A DNA stretch of 64,000 nt from a virus. The position numbers and the translations under genes are program-made. Position 1 is the stretch's first letter; each line of letters opens with the position of its first letter. Location: positions 27,487 to 91,486 of IMG/VR virus record IMGVR_UViG_3300043420_000984. One strand, written 5' to 3'. Shown one piece after another: positions 30,410-40,863 of the stretch. The notes under the pieces were generated by a model. The model was given only the letters and a program-made list of their open reading frames with translations, had not been told where the DNA came from and did not search any database.

Positions 30410-30580
30410 ATGACTGACCGCCTCCAGCAGATCCTCAACCGCCCTGAAGACCGTGCTCGCTATGCTCTCCAGTTCTACTACGATTTCATGGATCCTAAGA
30501 TGAATGAGAAGGCGCTCAACCGCTTCCAAGAGTTCCTGGATGTGATTGAGTACAACGTTGAACCCTACGAACTTTACTGA
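30410..30580 (+). CDS. Hypothetical early protein
   Basis: First ATG after promoter module 30329. Confidence 0.6.
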   Translation: MTDRLQQILNRPEDRARYALQFYYDFMDPKMNEKALNRFQEFLDVIEYNVEPYELY

Positions 30581-30583
30581 ACT

Positions 30584-30787
30584 ATGTCTAACTCTTCTTC
30601 CTCTTCCTCCAGCGGCATCGGTTTCCCTGGTCTGCTGACTGTTCTCTTCATCGGTCTGAAACTCACAGGCCATATTACCTGGAGCTGGTGGTGGGTGCTG
30701 TCTCCCCTGTGGATTAGTGCTCTGCTTGCTATTGCTATTCTTGGATTTGCTTTGATCATTCTTCTCATTCAAGGTGCTTTCAAATGA
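30584..30787 (+). CDS. Small two-helix phage membrane protein
   Basis: LFIGLKLTGHITWSWWWVLSPLWI. Confidence 0.75.
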   Translation: MSNSSSSSSSGIGFPGLLTVLFIGLKLTGHITWSWWWVLSPLWISALLAIAILGFALIILLIQGAFK

Positions 30788-31342
30788 CCTACACTATCAC
30801 CAAACACATCAAAATTGAACACGAAGAAGATGGTTGGAGTTTTGATTTTACTGCTGATGAATGTGGAACTGTGAGTGTGCGTGATGGTAATGGACCAGAA
30901 TACCAAACCATTCACATTCCCAAAGATTGTATTCAACACTTTATTGATGTTCTGGAGCAATTCAAATGACCGTTGCTGAATGGATTGAAAAACTCAAAGA
31001 GTTTCCACTTGATCAAGAAGTAAGAATTACTGATGGACACAAGTATCACTTCTATGAAGGTGATTTTGACTTCCAACTTTTTGAGGATGTTGATGGTTCT
31101 ACCTTCGTAGATATTGGTATTGGTGGATTTGAGGAAGAAGAATGACCTACGATGAACTCTACGAGCATGTGCTAAAGTATGTTGCCATGCCAATAGATGA
31201 CAAACGCCGTGCCTGTCTCATTCTAGGAGCATTTATGGAGTTTATCATGGATTGTACTGATGCTGGTATTGATCCACGCACACTTGATATGACTGGTATT
31301 ATGAATGAGAAACTTGATCAACTGGAGAACAAAAACAAATGA
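30784..31342 (+). other. Three coupled small hypothetical ORFs (30784-30969, 30966-31145, 31142-31342)
   Basis: Successive ATGA overlaps. Confidence 0.6.
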
Positions 31343-32391
31343 CTATCCGCAAACTCGCCAGTATCGCTGAAATCACTTACATCAAACCTATTGAAGGTGC
31401 TGATGCTATTGAATGTGCCATCGTGAATGGTGGTTGGCCAGTTGTGGTCAAGAAAGGTGAATATCAAGTTGGTGATGTTGCCATCTATCTTGAGATTGAT
31501 AGTTGGGTGCCACATGAACTTGCTCCTTTCCTGAGCAAAGGTCAAGAACCCCGTGAATATAATGGTGTGAAGGGTGAGCGTCTTCGTACTGTGAAACTTC
31601 GTGGGCAAATCAGTCAGGGACTTCTGCTTCCCATCAACCTGGATTCGCCTCTTGCTGATGCTGTTTCGTTGGGTGATGATGTAACAGAGATGCTCAAAAT
31701 CCAGAAGTGGGAACCACCTATCCCTGCTCAACTTGCTGGTACGATGAAGGGTAACTTCCCTCACTTCATCCCTAAAACTGACCAGGAACGTTGCCAGAAC
31801 CTTCGTAAGGACATCTTTGAGATCCACAAAGATGAAATCTATGAAGTTACCACTAAACTTGATGGTAGCAGTATGACTGTGTATGTCAAAGATGGTGAGA
31901 TTGGTGTCTGTTCTCGTAATATTGACCTGAAGGAAACTGAAGGCAATAGTTTCTGGAAAGCAGCACGGGAACAGAATATCGTTGATGCTCTGCTTGCTTT
32001 GTGTTCCAAGCATGGTGAAGAGTATGCTATTCAGGGTGAGTTGATTGGTGAAGGTATTCAGGGCAATCCTGAGAAACTCAAAGGTCAGCGTTTCTATCTG
32101 TTTGACATCTTCAGCATCACTTATGGATACTATCTGAAACCAGAAGAACGTTACACTGTTCTTGAAATGCTGGGTGATATGGGTGCCGATATTGAGCATG
32201 TTCCCATTATTGATCAAGATGTTCGTGTTGCTCAAGCATATGATACCATTGATGAACTTCTGGAGTTTGCTGAAGGTCCATCGCTGAACCCTCAAACTAA
32301 GCGTGAGGGACTTGTATTCAAGTCCTGGGAGAGTGATTTCACTTTCAAGGCGATTGCTAACTCTTATCTTCTGAAGCACAAAGACCGATGA
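31339..32391 (+). CDS. RNA ligase (Rnl2-like, DRB0094 family)
   Basis: N-terminal 'RKLASI...PIEGADAIE' domain; KLDGSS, QGELIG, FDIF, REGLVFK, FKAI. Confidence 0.9.
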   Translation: MTIRKLASIAEITYIKPIEGADAIECAIVNGGWPVVVKKGEYQVGDVAIYLEIDSWVPHELAPFLSKGQEPREYNGVKGERLRTVKLRGQISQGLLLPINLDSPLADAVSLGDDVTEMLKIQKWEPPIPAQLAGTMKGNFPHFIPKTDQERCQNLRKDIFEIHKDEIYEVTTKLDGSSMTVYVKDGEIGVCSRNIDLKETEGNSFWKAAREQNIVDALLALCSKHGEEYAIQGELIGEGIQGNPEKLKGQRFYLFDIFSITYGYYLKPEERYTVLEMLGDMGADIEHVPIIDQDVRVAQAYDTIDELLEFAEGPSLNPQTKREGLVFKSWESDFTFKAIANSYLLKHKDR

Positions 32392-33601
32392 CTGACAAAA
32401 CTAAACTACTCAAGATGATTGAGAATGCTCTCCAAACAGCACCACCTAATGAAGAGGCAGAAGCACAAGCAGTAATTGACACTATGGCAGATTGGTTTGA
32501 AGAAGTTTTGAGCCAAATTGGTATTCAACCTTCATGTATCCCCACTCTGCTACGATGGCAAGCACACCAACACGAGTATCTGAACGATGACTGACATCAC
32601 CAACCTTACTTACAAAGAACTTCAACAACTTGAAAAACAGATTGAAGAACGCAAAAAGGCACTGCGTTATTCAAAGGATTGTGTTGAAGGGTATAAAATC
32701 ACCTTCTGTGTGAAATTCAATCCTGCTACTCATTCAGATTCTCAACTGGAAAATCCCGTAGATTTCGGTGATTATCTGGCAAATGATATAGCAAACACAA
32801 TTGTTGATTATTTTTGCCTTCGTCAATCTGATGTAAGTGGTTTTGAAGTTGAAGAGATGACTGATGAGTATAAGGTAGAATGGAAGGACTTCTGGGAGAA
32901 TGATGAATGAAACTCACAGCACACGAACTCGCAGTTATTATTGATACACTCAACCATTCTCTAATGGTATCAAACTGGAATGGATATTATACTGCCCAAT
33001 CAAGGGAAAATGTAAGGAATACGATTGCTGTGATTATGAATGAAATGAGTGTAGAGATTATCACAGACAAACCAAACTTCACTATTGATGCTGACGCAGG
33101 TATTTAAAATGACTGACATAAAACTCTGTAAGGATTGTAAGCACTACAAGAAAGATTGGTATGCTCGTATCACTGGATATGGAGACACATTTGATATTTG
33201 CGTCAATCCTCATTTGATTGCTGTAAATCCTGTGAGTGGAAAGACCAAAGGTGATTTTTGTGATACAATGAGAAAGTATCACGGATGTGGTATGGAAGGT
33301 AAGTATTGGGAGGCACGAAAATGAGCAAATCTGAAACATTCCTCATTATCTCACAGATTTATTGTGTAGGTGATCTTATTGTTGAAGGTAAAAAAACATT
33401 TTTATATGGTGTGGGATGAAAGAACTTGAAATAGGTTCTAAATGGAAACATAAGACCTCAAATGATGTTTATGTTGTGAAAGAACAGTATTCTCATAGAG
33501 TAGTGTTAGAGCATGAACTTACTGGTGAAACTGTAAAACTAACTGTGGGGCATTTCAATCCTCAAGGTTTTGATGAGTATGAGTATTATGAAACTAACTA
33601 A
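32388..33601 (+). other. Run of small hypothetical ORFs (32388-32594, 32587-32910, 32907-33107, 33109-33324 Cys-rich, 33416-33601)
   Basis: Coupled starts and stops; 33109 carries CKDCKH..C..C..C. Confidence 0.6.
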
Positions 33602-33634
33602 ACTAATCTTTGATTATAAGTGGTATTATTTGAG

Positions 33635-34326
33635 GACACTTGAAGAACTGGCACAGGAGCATCCCACAGGTGCTCCTTTTGCCCTATAATACTCTCATAC
33701 ACACAGAAACCTGATGACCTACACACCAGAACAGATTTCTCAAATTGTCCTTAAGGTTCTTAAGGAAATTGAAGAACCTGATATTCTTAAACTTTCTTAC
33801 CTAGAGAAACTTAAACTTGCAAAAGACCCAAACACATCACAAGAAACTTTAGCAATTCTTGCGACTGATGAGAATTTTGATGTTCGTTATCGGGTTGTAG
33901 TACATCCAAACACATCACAAGAAACTCTAGCAGTTCTTGTAACTGATGAGTATTGGGGTGTTCGTTATGGGGTTGCACAACATCCAAATACATCAACAGA
34001 AACTATAGCAGTTCTTGCAACTGATGAGGATCCTGATGTTCGTTGTTGGGTCGCAAAACACCCAAACACATCACAAGAAACTCTAAATGTTCTTGCAACT
34101 GATGAGGATTCGAGTGTTCGCTATTATGTTAAACAAAACCCAAACTATAAGAAGCAAACTCTTGAACTGAATACAAAACAGTATGATGCCCTGAAGAAAC
34201 TGATTGAGTCTTCACAAGATGAGTCTCTTAAGGATATTATGTGACACTTGAAAAACTGGCACAGGAGCATCCCACAGGTGCTCCTTTTTCCCTATAATAC
34301 TCTCATACACACAGACACCTGATGAC
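33635..34326 (+). repeat. 84-bp direct repeats (33635-33718 and 34243-34326, 3 mismatches) flanking the LRV gene
   Basis: Direct comparison of the two copies. Confidence 0.95.
33714..34244 (+). CDS. Leucine-rich-variant (LRV)/HEAT-like repeat protein
   Basis: Four ~25-aa repeats, HPNTSQETLAVLATDE..DVRY.VA. Confidence 0.85.
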   Translation: MTYTPEQISQIVLKVLKEIEEPDILKLSYLEKLKLAKDPNTSQETLAILATDENFDVRYRVVVHPNTSQETLAVLVTDEYWGVRYGVAQHPNTSTETIAVLATDEDPDVRCWVAKHPNTSQETLNVLATDEDSSVRYYVKQNPNYKKQTLELNTKQYDALKKLIESSQDESLKDIM

Positions 34327-34672
34327 TATCAAACGCATCAAAGTCAAAGAAACCGCAGAGATTGACGCATCTAACTTCACAGGTAAGTTAGAGAATCTTA
34401 TCGCACAACTTCAAGATTGGATAAATGAAGGTGAGTGGGAAGGGATTGAGGAATATTATGATGGTGGTTATGACCTTTCTTCTCCTATCGTAGAGTATTA
34501 TCGTCTTTACAAGTTCCGCGAAGAAAACGACCAAGAGTATAATAAAAGAGTAAAACAACTGGAGAAAGAAAAAGCAGAAAAAGCAAAAGCAAAGGAACGA
34601 AAACTTCAACAACTCAAGAAAGACCTTGCTAATCTAACTGAAGACGAACTCAAACAACTTGGAGTAAAATGA
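34322..34672 (+). CDS. Hypothetical early protein
   Basis: Follows a promoter module; coiled-coil C-terminus. Confidence 0.7.
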   Translation: MTIKRIKVKETAEIDASNFTGKLENLIAQLQDWINEGEWEGIEEYYDGGYDLSSPIVEYYRLYKFREENDQEYNKRVKQLEKEKAEKAKAKERKLQQLKKDLANLTEDELKQLGVK

Positions 34673-34854
34673 CTGAACGAGTAAAATTCACACACATCAC
34701 ACGAGTGATTGACCCAAAGACACGCATTCATTATCTTGACGCAATAGACACCAACGGAAATCATTGGAGTGCTGAAATGCAAACTGGTGTAGAACGATGG
34801 ATTATCTACAAGGAAGTTTGGAAAGAAGACCCACAGCAACCTTACATTCTATGA
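34669..34854 (+). CDS. Hypothetical protein
   Basis: ATGA coupling. Confidence 0.6.
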   Translation: MTERVKFTHITRVIDPKTRIHYLDAIDTNGNHWSAEMQTGVERWIIYKEVWKEDPQQPYIL

Positions 34855-35075
34855 AACATCCTACAAAAGATTGGGAATGGGAAGAAACTGCCGAAGTCGC
34901 ATTTCAGGAATGGTTCAACGGAGAGTATGGTAATTTTACATTCCGTTGTGAATGGTTCTTTGGTGATTGTGAAGTTGAGGATGTGAATACTCGTAAGGAT
35001 TTGATGACTAAGTGGGTTCATTCCGCATTTTTGACGGGTTATAATACTGGGAGATGCTCCAAGACAGATGAGTGA
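34851..35075 (+). CDS. Hypothetical protein
   Basis: ATGA coupling. Confidence 0.6.
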   Translation: MKHPTKDWEWEETAEVAFQEWFNGEYGNFTFRCEWFFGDCEVEDVNTRKDLMTKWVHSAFLTGYNTGRCSKTDE

Positions 35076-35694
35076 TCTAATCTTCTACACAAATAATGAG
35101 GAAACATACCGTATTTCTTTTCCAACTCTTGGAACCAAATGTCCTGAAACTAAACTTGAAATCAAAATGACTGAAACCGACATCTCAAAAGTTCTCATAG
35201 AAGGAGAATACGCAACCATTATGGGTGTGAAGTATAAGAGAGTGGAAGAACCAAAAAGTTTCTATGATAAACTTTGGGAAGAACTTGGAAAGAAAGTAGG
35301 ATATGGTATTGATTGTGATGAACTGACTGATAGGGTTATGGACTTGATTAAAGATAATATTCCAGAACCTACGGGAGAGTTTCAACCATCTCCTCAAACA
35401 CCAGAACAAGTTGCTGATGGTTTGAAAGAAGCATTCCGTGAAGCAGTCAAGCAAGGTGTGGTATCATCTACTAAATCAAAAACTCTCACAGATCTCATTT
35501 ATCGTTGGTGGGATGATATATTCACAACTCATAGTAGTCGGGGTATGGAAACTTCTATTGAAGATTTGGTAGACCAGATTGAGTTATTTCTACCTAAAGA
35601 ACAATCTGCTGCTGGTTCTCAAAATGCTTATGTTGAATCTGCTGTGGAGGGATTTAATGATGCGATTAAACAAATCAAATCAAAGTTGAGGTAA
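35068..35694 (+). CDS. Hypothetical protein
   Basis: 208-aa ORF. Confidence 0.65.
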   Translation: MSDLIFYTNNEETYRISFPTLGTKCPETKLEIKMTETDISKVLIEGEYATIMGVKYKRVEEPKSFYDKLWEELGKKVGYGIDCDELTDRVMDLIKDNIPEPTGEFQPSPQTPEQVADGLKEAFREAVKQGVVSSTKSKTLTDLIYRWWDDIFTTHSSRGMETSIEDLVDQIELFLPKEQSAAGSQNAYVESAVEGFNDAIKQIKSKLR

Positions 35695-35705
35695 ATAAAT
35701 AATAA

Positions 35706-35766
35706 TGTCTGTTTGGACGGCAATCTCTACAGACAAAGATTGGGTGCTCTTTTGGGCACCTTTTCT
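35706..35766 (+). ncRNA. Predicted late small RNA antisense to the HNH mRNA leader
   Basis: ATAAATA at 35695; stem TGTCTGT/ACAGACA with a 16-nt loop complementary to 35779-35790; terminator hairpin 35743-35760 followed by TTTT. Confidence 0.55.
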
Positions 35767-35768
35767 AT

Positions 35769-35776
35769 TATAAATA
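35769..35776 (+). promoter_or_regulatory. T4 late promoter TATAAATA
   Basis: Perfect consensus 25 nt upstream of the HNH ATG. Confidence 0.85.
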
Positions 35777-35801
35777 GTATTGCCGTCCAAATAGAATAGA
35801 A

Positions 35802-36497
35802 ATGAACTACCTAAAGGTATATTGTAACCTTATTAGGAAAGCAGAGAATAGAAATCCTCCTGAAGGATATACGGAAAAACATCATACATTTCCAAAAAGT
35901 ATCTTTGGAAAGAATAATAAAATTGTTGTGCTTACTGGAAGGGAACATTACATAGCACACGCATTATTGGAAAAGGCATTTATCAAAAGATATGGATTGA
36001 ATAATATAAAAACACAAAAAATGATAAAAGCATTTTGGTGTATGAATAATCAAAAAACAAAAAATACATATCTTAATTCCCATTTATATGAAAGTTCAAA
36101 AATAAGATACATTGAAAATATAAAAGGAGAAAATCACCACTGGTATGGGAAAAAACATTCCCAAGAAACCAAAGAAAAAATGAGAAAAAGAGAAACACAT
36201 CCTATGAGTGGAAAAACTCATAGTGACGAAACGAAAATAAAAATGAGTAAATCTCATATAGGAAAACCTTCACCAAAAGGAATGTTAGGAAAAAATCATA
36301 CAAAAGAGACAAAACAAAAACTACAACAAAGTAAGGAAGTTAAATCTTTTTCAGTAATAAGTCCTACTGGTGAAATAATTCATTCTAAAAATACTAAACA
36401 ATTTTGTAGAGATAATAATCTGGATAAAGGTCACTTTTCTCAAGTTTTGAATGGAAAACGACCATCCCATAAGGGATTTCGTCTCTATACTGGATAA
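35802..36497 (+). CDS. Free-standing HNH homing endonuclease with NUMOD3 repeats
   Basis: YTEKHHTFPKS...N...LTGREHYIAHALL; three G(K)xHS/TxETKxK repeats; C-terminal HTH; very A-rich. Confidence 0.88.
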   Translation: MNYLKVYCNLIRKAENRNPPEGYTEKHHTFPKSIFGKNNKIVVLTGREHYIAHALLEKAFIKRYGLNNIKTQKMIKAFWCMNNQKTKNTYLNSHLYESSKIRYIENIKGENHHWYGKKHSQETKEKMRKRETHPMSGKTHSDETKIKMSKSHIGKPSPKGMLGKNHTKETKQKLQQSKEVKSFSVISPTGEIIHSKNTKQFCRDNNLDKGHFSQVLNGKRPSHKGFRLYTG

Positions 36498-36578
36498 GGA
36501 CACTTCCAAAACTGACACAAGGGCACTTGAACTTGGTGCCCTGATGCCCTATAATACTCTTATACTCATAAAATCCAA

Positions 36579-36977
36579 ATGAAAATCAAAGTTCTTGAGT
36601 GTCCTCTATGGATTAAACACAAATTCTCTTCGAGGTATTCTTCTAGTTATTTAAAATTTGAATTTGATGAAATTGAACCACTTTTTCATAGAGATGGTTA
36701 TTATTTGATTGATAATAAGTATGTTGTTGTTGAGTATCAGGGATTTGCTTGGAAATGTAAAGATACACAAAATTCCGTAAGGGCATTTCGTTGGGAACTT
36801 GAAGATGCTGAGTATGAAGACATCAATATACTCAGCAAAGAGCAAAGTGATGCGATTTTCACTTTGATGAAGATAAATCTTGCGAGTGAAATGCAGAAAA
36901 ATATTTTTGGAAGGGATTACACTAAAAAACACTCAAAAAAGTTTTCCTTTAAACTAAAAAAGATGGAAGACACTTGA
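36579..36977 (+). CDS. Hypothetical early protein
   Basis: Single-gene cassette between two promoter modules. Confidence 0.65.
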   Translation: MKIKVLECPLWIKHKFSSRYSSSYLKFEFDEIEPLFHRDGYYLIDNKYVVVEYQGFAWKCKDTQNSVRAFRWELEDAEYEDINILSKEQSDAIFTLMKINLASEMQKNIFGRDYTKKHSKKFSFKLKKMEDT

Positions 36978-37050
36978 AGAACTGTCCCACTGACCCCTGC
37001 GGTTGGTGGTTTTATGGTTTATAATACTCTTGTAAACACAAACACACCTT

Positions 37051-37218
37051 ATGAGAAGCCTTGTTATTCAACGACTGACTACTATTATTGAAGATTGTGA
37101 GGGTATTCCACGATTTTTTGAATCTGATGATTACATTACTGATGCTGAAGAACTTGAAAGTATGAGTGATGAAGAACTTTTGGAGGCATTTGAAACTGCA
37201 GTAGGTTTTGCAGGTTGA
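37051..37218 (+). CDS. Small acidic early protein
   Basis: 55 aa between two promoter modules. Confidence 0.6.
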   Translation: MRSLVIQRLTTIIEDCEGIPRFFESDDYITDAEELESMSDEELLEAFETAVGFAG

Positions 37219-37292
37219 CGAACTGGAACAGGGAGACCCCACAAGGTCTCCTATTGCCTTATAATACTCTCGTACACACAAAGGAACATTTT

Positions 37293-38035
37293 ATGGACGA
37301 TTGGATGCTTGAGTTACGAACTGTTGAGTTAGAGAAGGATGTTATATGTGAGACAACTTATCGTAAAATTATTTCCCACGACAACTTTGATTACGATGAA
37401 CACCTCGTTGATGACAAAATTAGGATGAATTATTTCTGATGACTAAAACACAGGTGTTTCAAATTTCTTGGTTTATCATGAAATATGGATTTTTAATTTA
37501 TGTTTCTTGTCTTTTACTGAACTTGGGTGTCATTATTCCATCAATTCTTATTTGGGGTTTTGTTTTTGTTGATTTGGGGTATGAATTTTTAAGAATGGTT
37601 GAGTATTATCAACCAACAAACCGTGAGAAAGTAAAATGACTGAATACCTGAAACTACGCTAATGCCATTTTTTCCCGATTGCTATGATGAGTGGGGACTC
37701 TATAAAATTACATATGATGGAGACCACAAGATGTATGAAATGCTATTTGAGGGCACAGAAGAAGAGTGTCGTCAGTATGCTTATGAGAACTACACAGATA
37801 AGGAGCAAGGTGAAATGTGCCTGATGGATTATGAAGCAAGGGAATGGCAAGTATGAGTAAAAGAAACTTCAAACAAGAACTTTTCTATTCTCAATATATT
37901 GATAATGAAAATGGACGAGACACAGAAACAATTGATAATCTTGCGTTGATTGAACTTCTGCAAGAGATGAATGAACGAATTGAACAACTTGAAAAAGATA
38001 ATGAGCTGCTAAAGTCCTACGCATGGGAACAATGA
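37293..38035 (+). other. Small ORFs 37293-37439, 37439-37639 (membrane), 37662-37856, 37853-38035
   Basis: Coupled ORFs after promoter module 37208. Confidence 0.55.
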
Positions 38036-38736
38036 CTGAGCACAATTTACCAGATAAAGATGATGCTCCGTGGTTGGATACAACCTATGATGGTTTTATG
38101 ACCCATGGGGAAATGTTAGAAGTTGCTGCTCAACGAGAAGCAGAGAATAAGGCATTAGAAGCACTTGATAAACTCTATGAGGAGAATGGTGAAGGTATGA
38201 AACAACTTGCTGAACATGAAAGGATCAAAGTAATTCAAACTGCTTGCGGTGCGATTGACAAGTATTCTGATGCACTCAAAGCACTTGCTGAAACAGAGAA
38301 GGTGGAATTGCGAGAAGAACTTGAAAAGAAAAAAAAGGAAAACTTCCAACTGGTTGCTGATGCTTGTATGTTAGAATATAGCAAAAAGTACAACCGTGAT
38401 GTATTCCCAGTAGATGAATACTGGGTGTATATGGTTGGTGAATACTTCGGCACGGGTGAAGGTCAAACCACTTGTATTATGATGACACAAGCAACGCCAT
38501 ATGGTGATGACTTCACAGAAGAAAATCGTTATGTGCCCATCAATTCTAAAGAGTATCGTGCTGTAAGGAAGTTCCACGAACAGTTTGGTACATGGTATCT
38601 CCATGGTCTGAAGTTCCTGTCTAAAGAAGATTTTCTCACAGAGTGTGCTTATTTCATTCCACCTGTGATGATGAAGCTAGCAAATGCTAATTGCTTCAAA
38701 GAGTTCCACACCCGCGTTCATTACAATTTCTCATGA
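38032..38736 (+). CDS. Hypothetical protein
   Basis: Coiled-coil N-terminal half; ATGA coupling. Confidence 0.65.
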   Translation: MTEHNLPDKDDAPWLDTTYDGFMTHGEMLEVAAQREAENKALEALDKLYEENGEGMKQLAEHERIKVIQTACGAIDKYSDALKALAETEKVELREELEKKKKENFQLVADACMLEYSKKYNRDVFPVDEYWVYMVGEYFGTGEGQTTCIMMTQATPYGDDFTEENRYVPINSKEYRAVRKFHEQFGTWYLHGLKFLSKEDFLTECAYFIPPVMMKLANANCFKEFHTRVHYNFS

Positions 38737-39370
38737 AAATCACATTCAAAGGCCACTCCCCATCAGATCGTGAAGTAGAATTCACACAAGACGACCAAGT
38801 GCGTCTGTTTGAGATTATGAAACAAGAGTTCATTGAACATATCACCTATACTAGGTTTACCAGCATTTATCCCACATCAACTGAAAAGCAACTTCAAGAC
38901 TTCTGTAATGATTATGGTGTAGATATTGAATATGGTAAAGATCGTGTAGCTTTCTTTACTGCTCTAATTAAGGAGATGAAGTATGACTGATAAAGAACTA
39001 TACAATCCAGACGAATTCCTATTAGATAATATCAAGGAATATCATTATGAAGTGATGGATGAAGGACATCATGTGTGGATGGCATTCTATTTCACTAACG
39101 GTAACACAGGACACTTGAATATCTTCCTCAATGATGGTAAGATCAATACCCGATACGAGGAATGGGTGAATGAGTAGAGCACAAACACTAATGGATGAGA
39201 TCTGGCATGAAAGAAATACGTGGGCGGATACTGAAACAAAACTCGTAGCAGCAATCCTCCGTAAAGCTGTCACTCATGCTAAAACACTAACAGCATCTAA
39301 GCTCAACAATTTAAAGGTAATCGACCTCAATGATTTAATCACACTGTCAGTAGAACTAGAAAAACTGTAA
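38733..39370 (+). other. Three small hypothetical ORFs (38733-38990, 38983-39177, 39170-39370)
   Basis: Overlapping start/stop coupling. Confidence 0.6.
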
Positions 39371-39936
39371 TGAATACATATCACCATCAATATGTCAAAC
39401 TGTCACTTGAAGATGATGTATTTGATGAAATCATTGAAATCACAAACAAACAAACAGATTTTGTCTCAAGTGAAGCAGCAATCTATGATGGTAATGATTA
39501 CGTCCCTGATCCACACAAACGACGTAAATCTAAGTCATGTGTATTCAGAGATACCAATCTGATTGATATTATTGAAAACATCATCAGAGTAACAAACATT
39601 AAATGTAATTGGAACTTTGATCTCTCACTCATTGAAGATCTAGATCTAATTCACTATCATCCTGGTGATTACTTCTCATGGCACACAGATGAAATAAGCT
39701 GGACGCCTGGTAAACGAAAGTTTAATCTCATGAGAAAGCTCAGTTTCACCATCCTACTCAATGATGATTTCACTGGTGGCGAATTTGATGTATTCACAAC
39801 CAAAGAATACACAATACCACTCAAAAAGAAAGATATTATCATCTTCCATTCTGATATACTACATCAAATAAGACCAATCCAAACAGGCATAAGACATGCA
39901 CTAGTAGGATGGATAGAAGGACCACCATGGAGATAA
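39370..39936 (+). CDS. 2OG-Fe(II) oxygenase (prolyl-4-hydroxylase-like)
   Basis: WHTD, RKLSFTILLNDDFTGGEF, FHS...HQIRP..G.RHALVGW..GPPW. Confidence 0.88.
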   Translation: MNTYHHQYVKLSLEDDVFDEIIEITNKQTDFVSSEAAIYDGNDYVPDPHKRRKSKSCVFRDTNLIDIIENIIRVTNIKCNWNFDLSLIEDLDLIHYHPGDYFSWHTDEISWTPGKRKFNLMRKLSFTILLNDDFTGGEFDVFTTKEYTIPLKKKDIIIFHSDILHQIRPIQTGIRHALVGWIEGPPWR

Positions 39937-39940
39937 ACAA

Positions 39941-40216
39941 ATGACTGAAATTCATCTATTCGTACAAGAAGGTTGCAGACCATGTATGTACGCAGAAACA
40001 CAACTAAAAAAAGTCCCAAACTGGGATAAAGTAATCAAGATCACCAACGCAAAAGAAAATAACGTATGGTCTGATTTTGCTAGAGATTGTGGTGTAGATG
40101 TAACACCTACTCTCATCGCCCTCATAGATGGAGTAATCGTAGCAAAGATGACTGGTTCAAAAGAAATGACATCTGATTTCTGGAGACAAACAATTGAAAA
40201 ACATTCTCAACAATAA
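39941..40216 (+). CDS. Thioredoxin/glutaredoxin-like protein
   Basis: CRPC motif and cis-Pro 'VTPTLI'. Confidence 0.8.
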   Translation: MTEIHLFVQEGCRPCMYAETQLKKVPNWDKVIKITNAKENNVWSDFARDCGVDVTPTLIALIDGVIVAKMTGSKEMTSDFWRQTIEKHSQQ

Positions 40217-40863
40217 TAAACTGACACTCACACTACTACTCATGAATAATATCATTACAGTAGTCACATTCATCAAATTACCTGAACCACCACCACAATA
40301 CTTCTGTCAACCAGGAAAGGATATGTATGGCAATCAATATAATTACATCATATGTAATCCAAGCTAACCATGTACCGAGTACAAACCTGGAATAAAAGAA
40401 CAAACGCAACTGTCTACCATGATGTACCAGATGCAATAGATGCCTATGATGCAGAACAAATCATCAAGCATCAATACCCAGAAGAAAAAGTACTAGCAAT
40501 TATTACAACAAGAGATGATCAACAGTAATACACCATACAAATTAGCAGAAATAATCAGAGATACATGGCCTCAACTCTATCATCTGAAGCAACGTGATAA
40601 TGACGTTGATAATGATTCTGAACCAGATTGTCAAGGTGTTCCGCGTCAGTATCAGTAAGGGTTCTTGATACTAATTCGTATCATTATTGAAATGTTTTTA
40701 AATCATAATAAAAATAGGGTTAAGGTGCGGTAGAGATGTTGGCTTAGCACGCTACCACTCGAAAGTCAAGAAGCACTGTGACACTACCCATAGTGTCCCA
40801 AAACCCTCTGCTGGCCTCCCAGGTGCCCTATAATACTAAGGTAGTCAAGGGAACACCCCAAAG

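Noticed and set aside
35695-36497. Group I intron or IscB/omega-RNA system around the HNH gene
   Set aside because: Flanking ORFs are not split, the non-coding segment is only about 105 nt, and the protein has no RuvC motifs.
40595-40620. Fur-box-like TGATAATGA repeats
   Set aside because: Only half-site matches, lying inside a small ORF (40515-40658) where they encode DND repeats.
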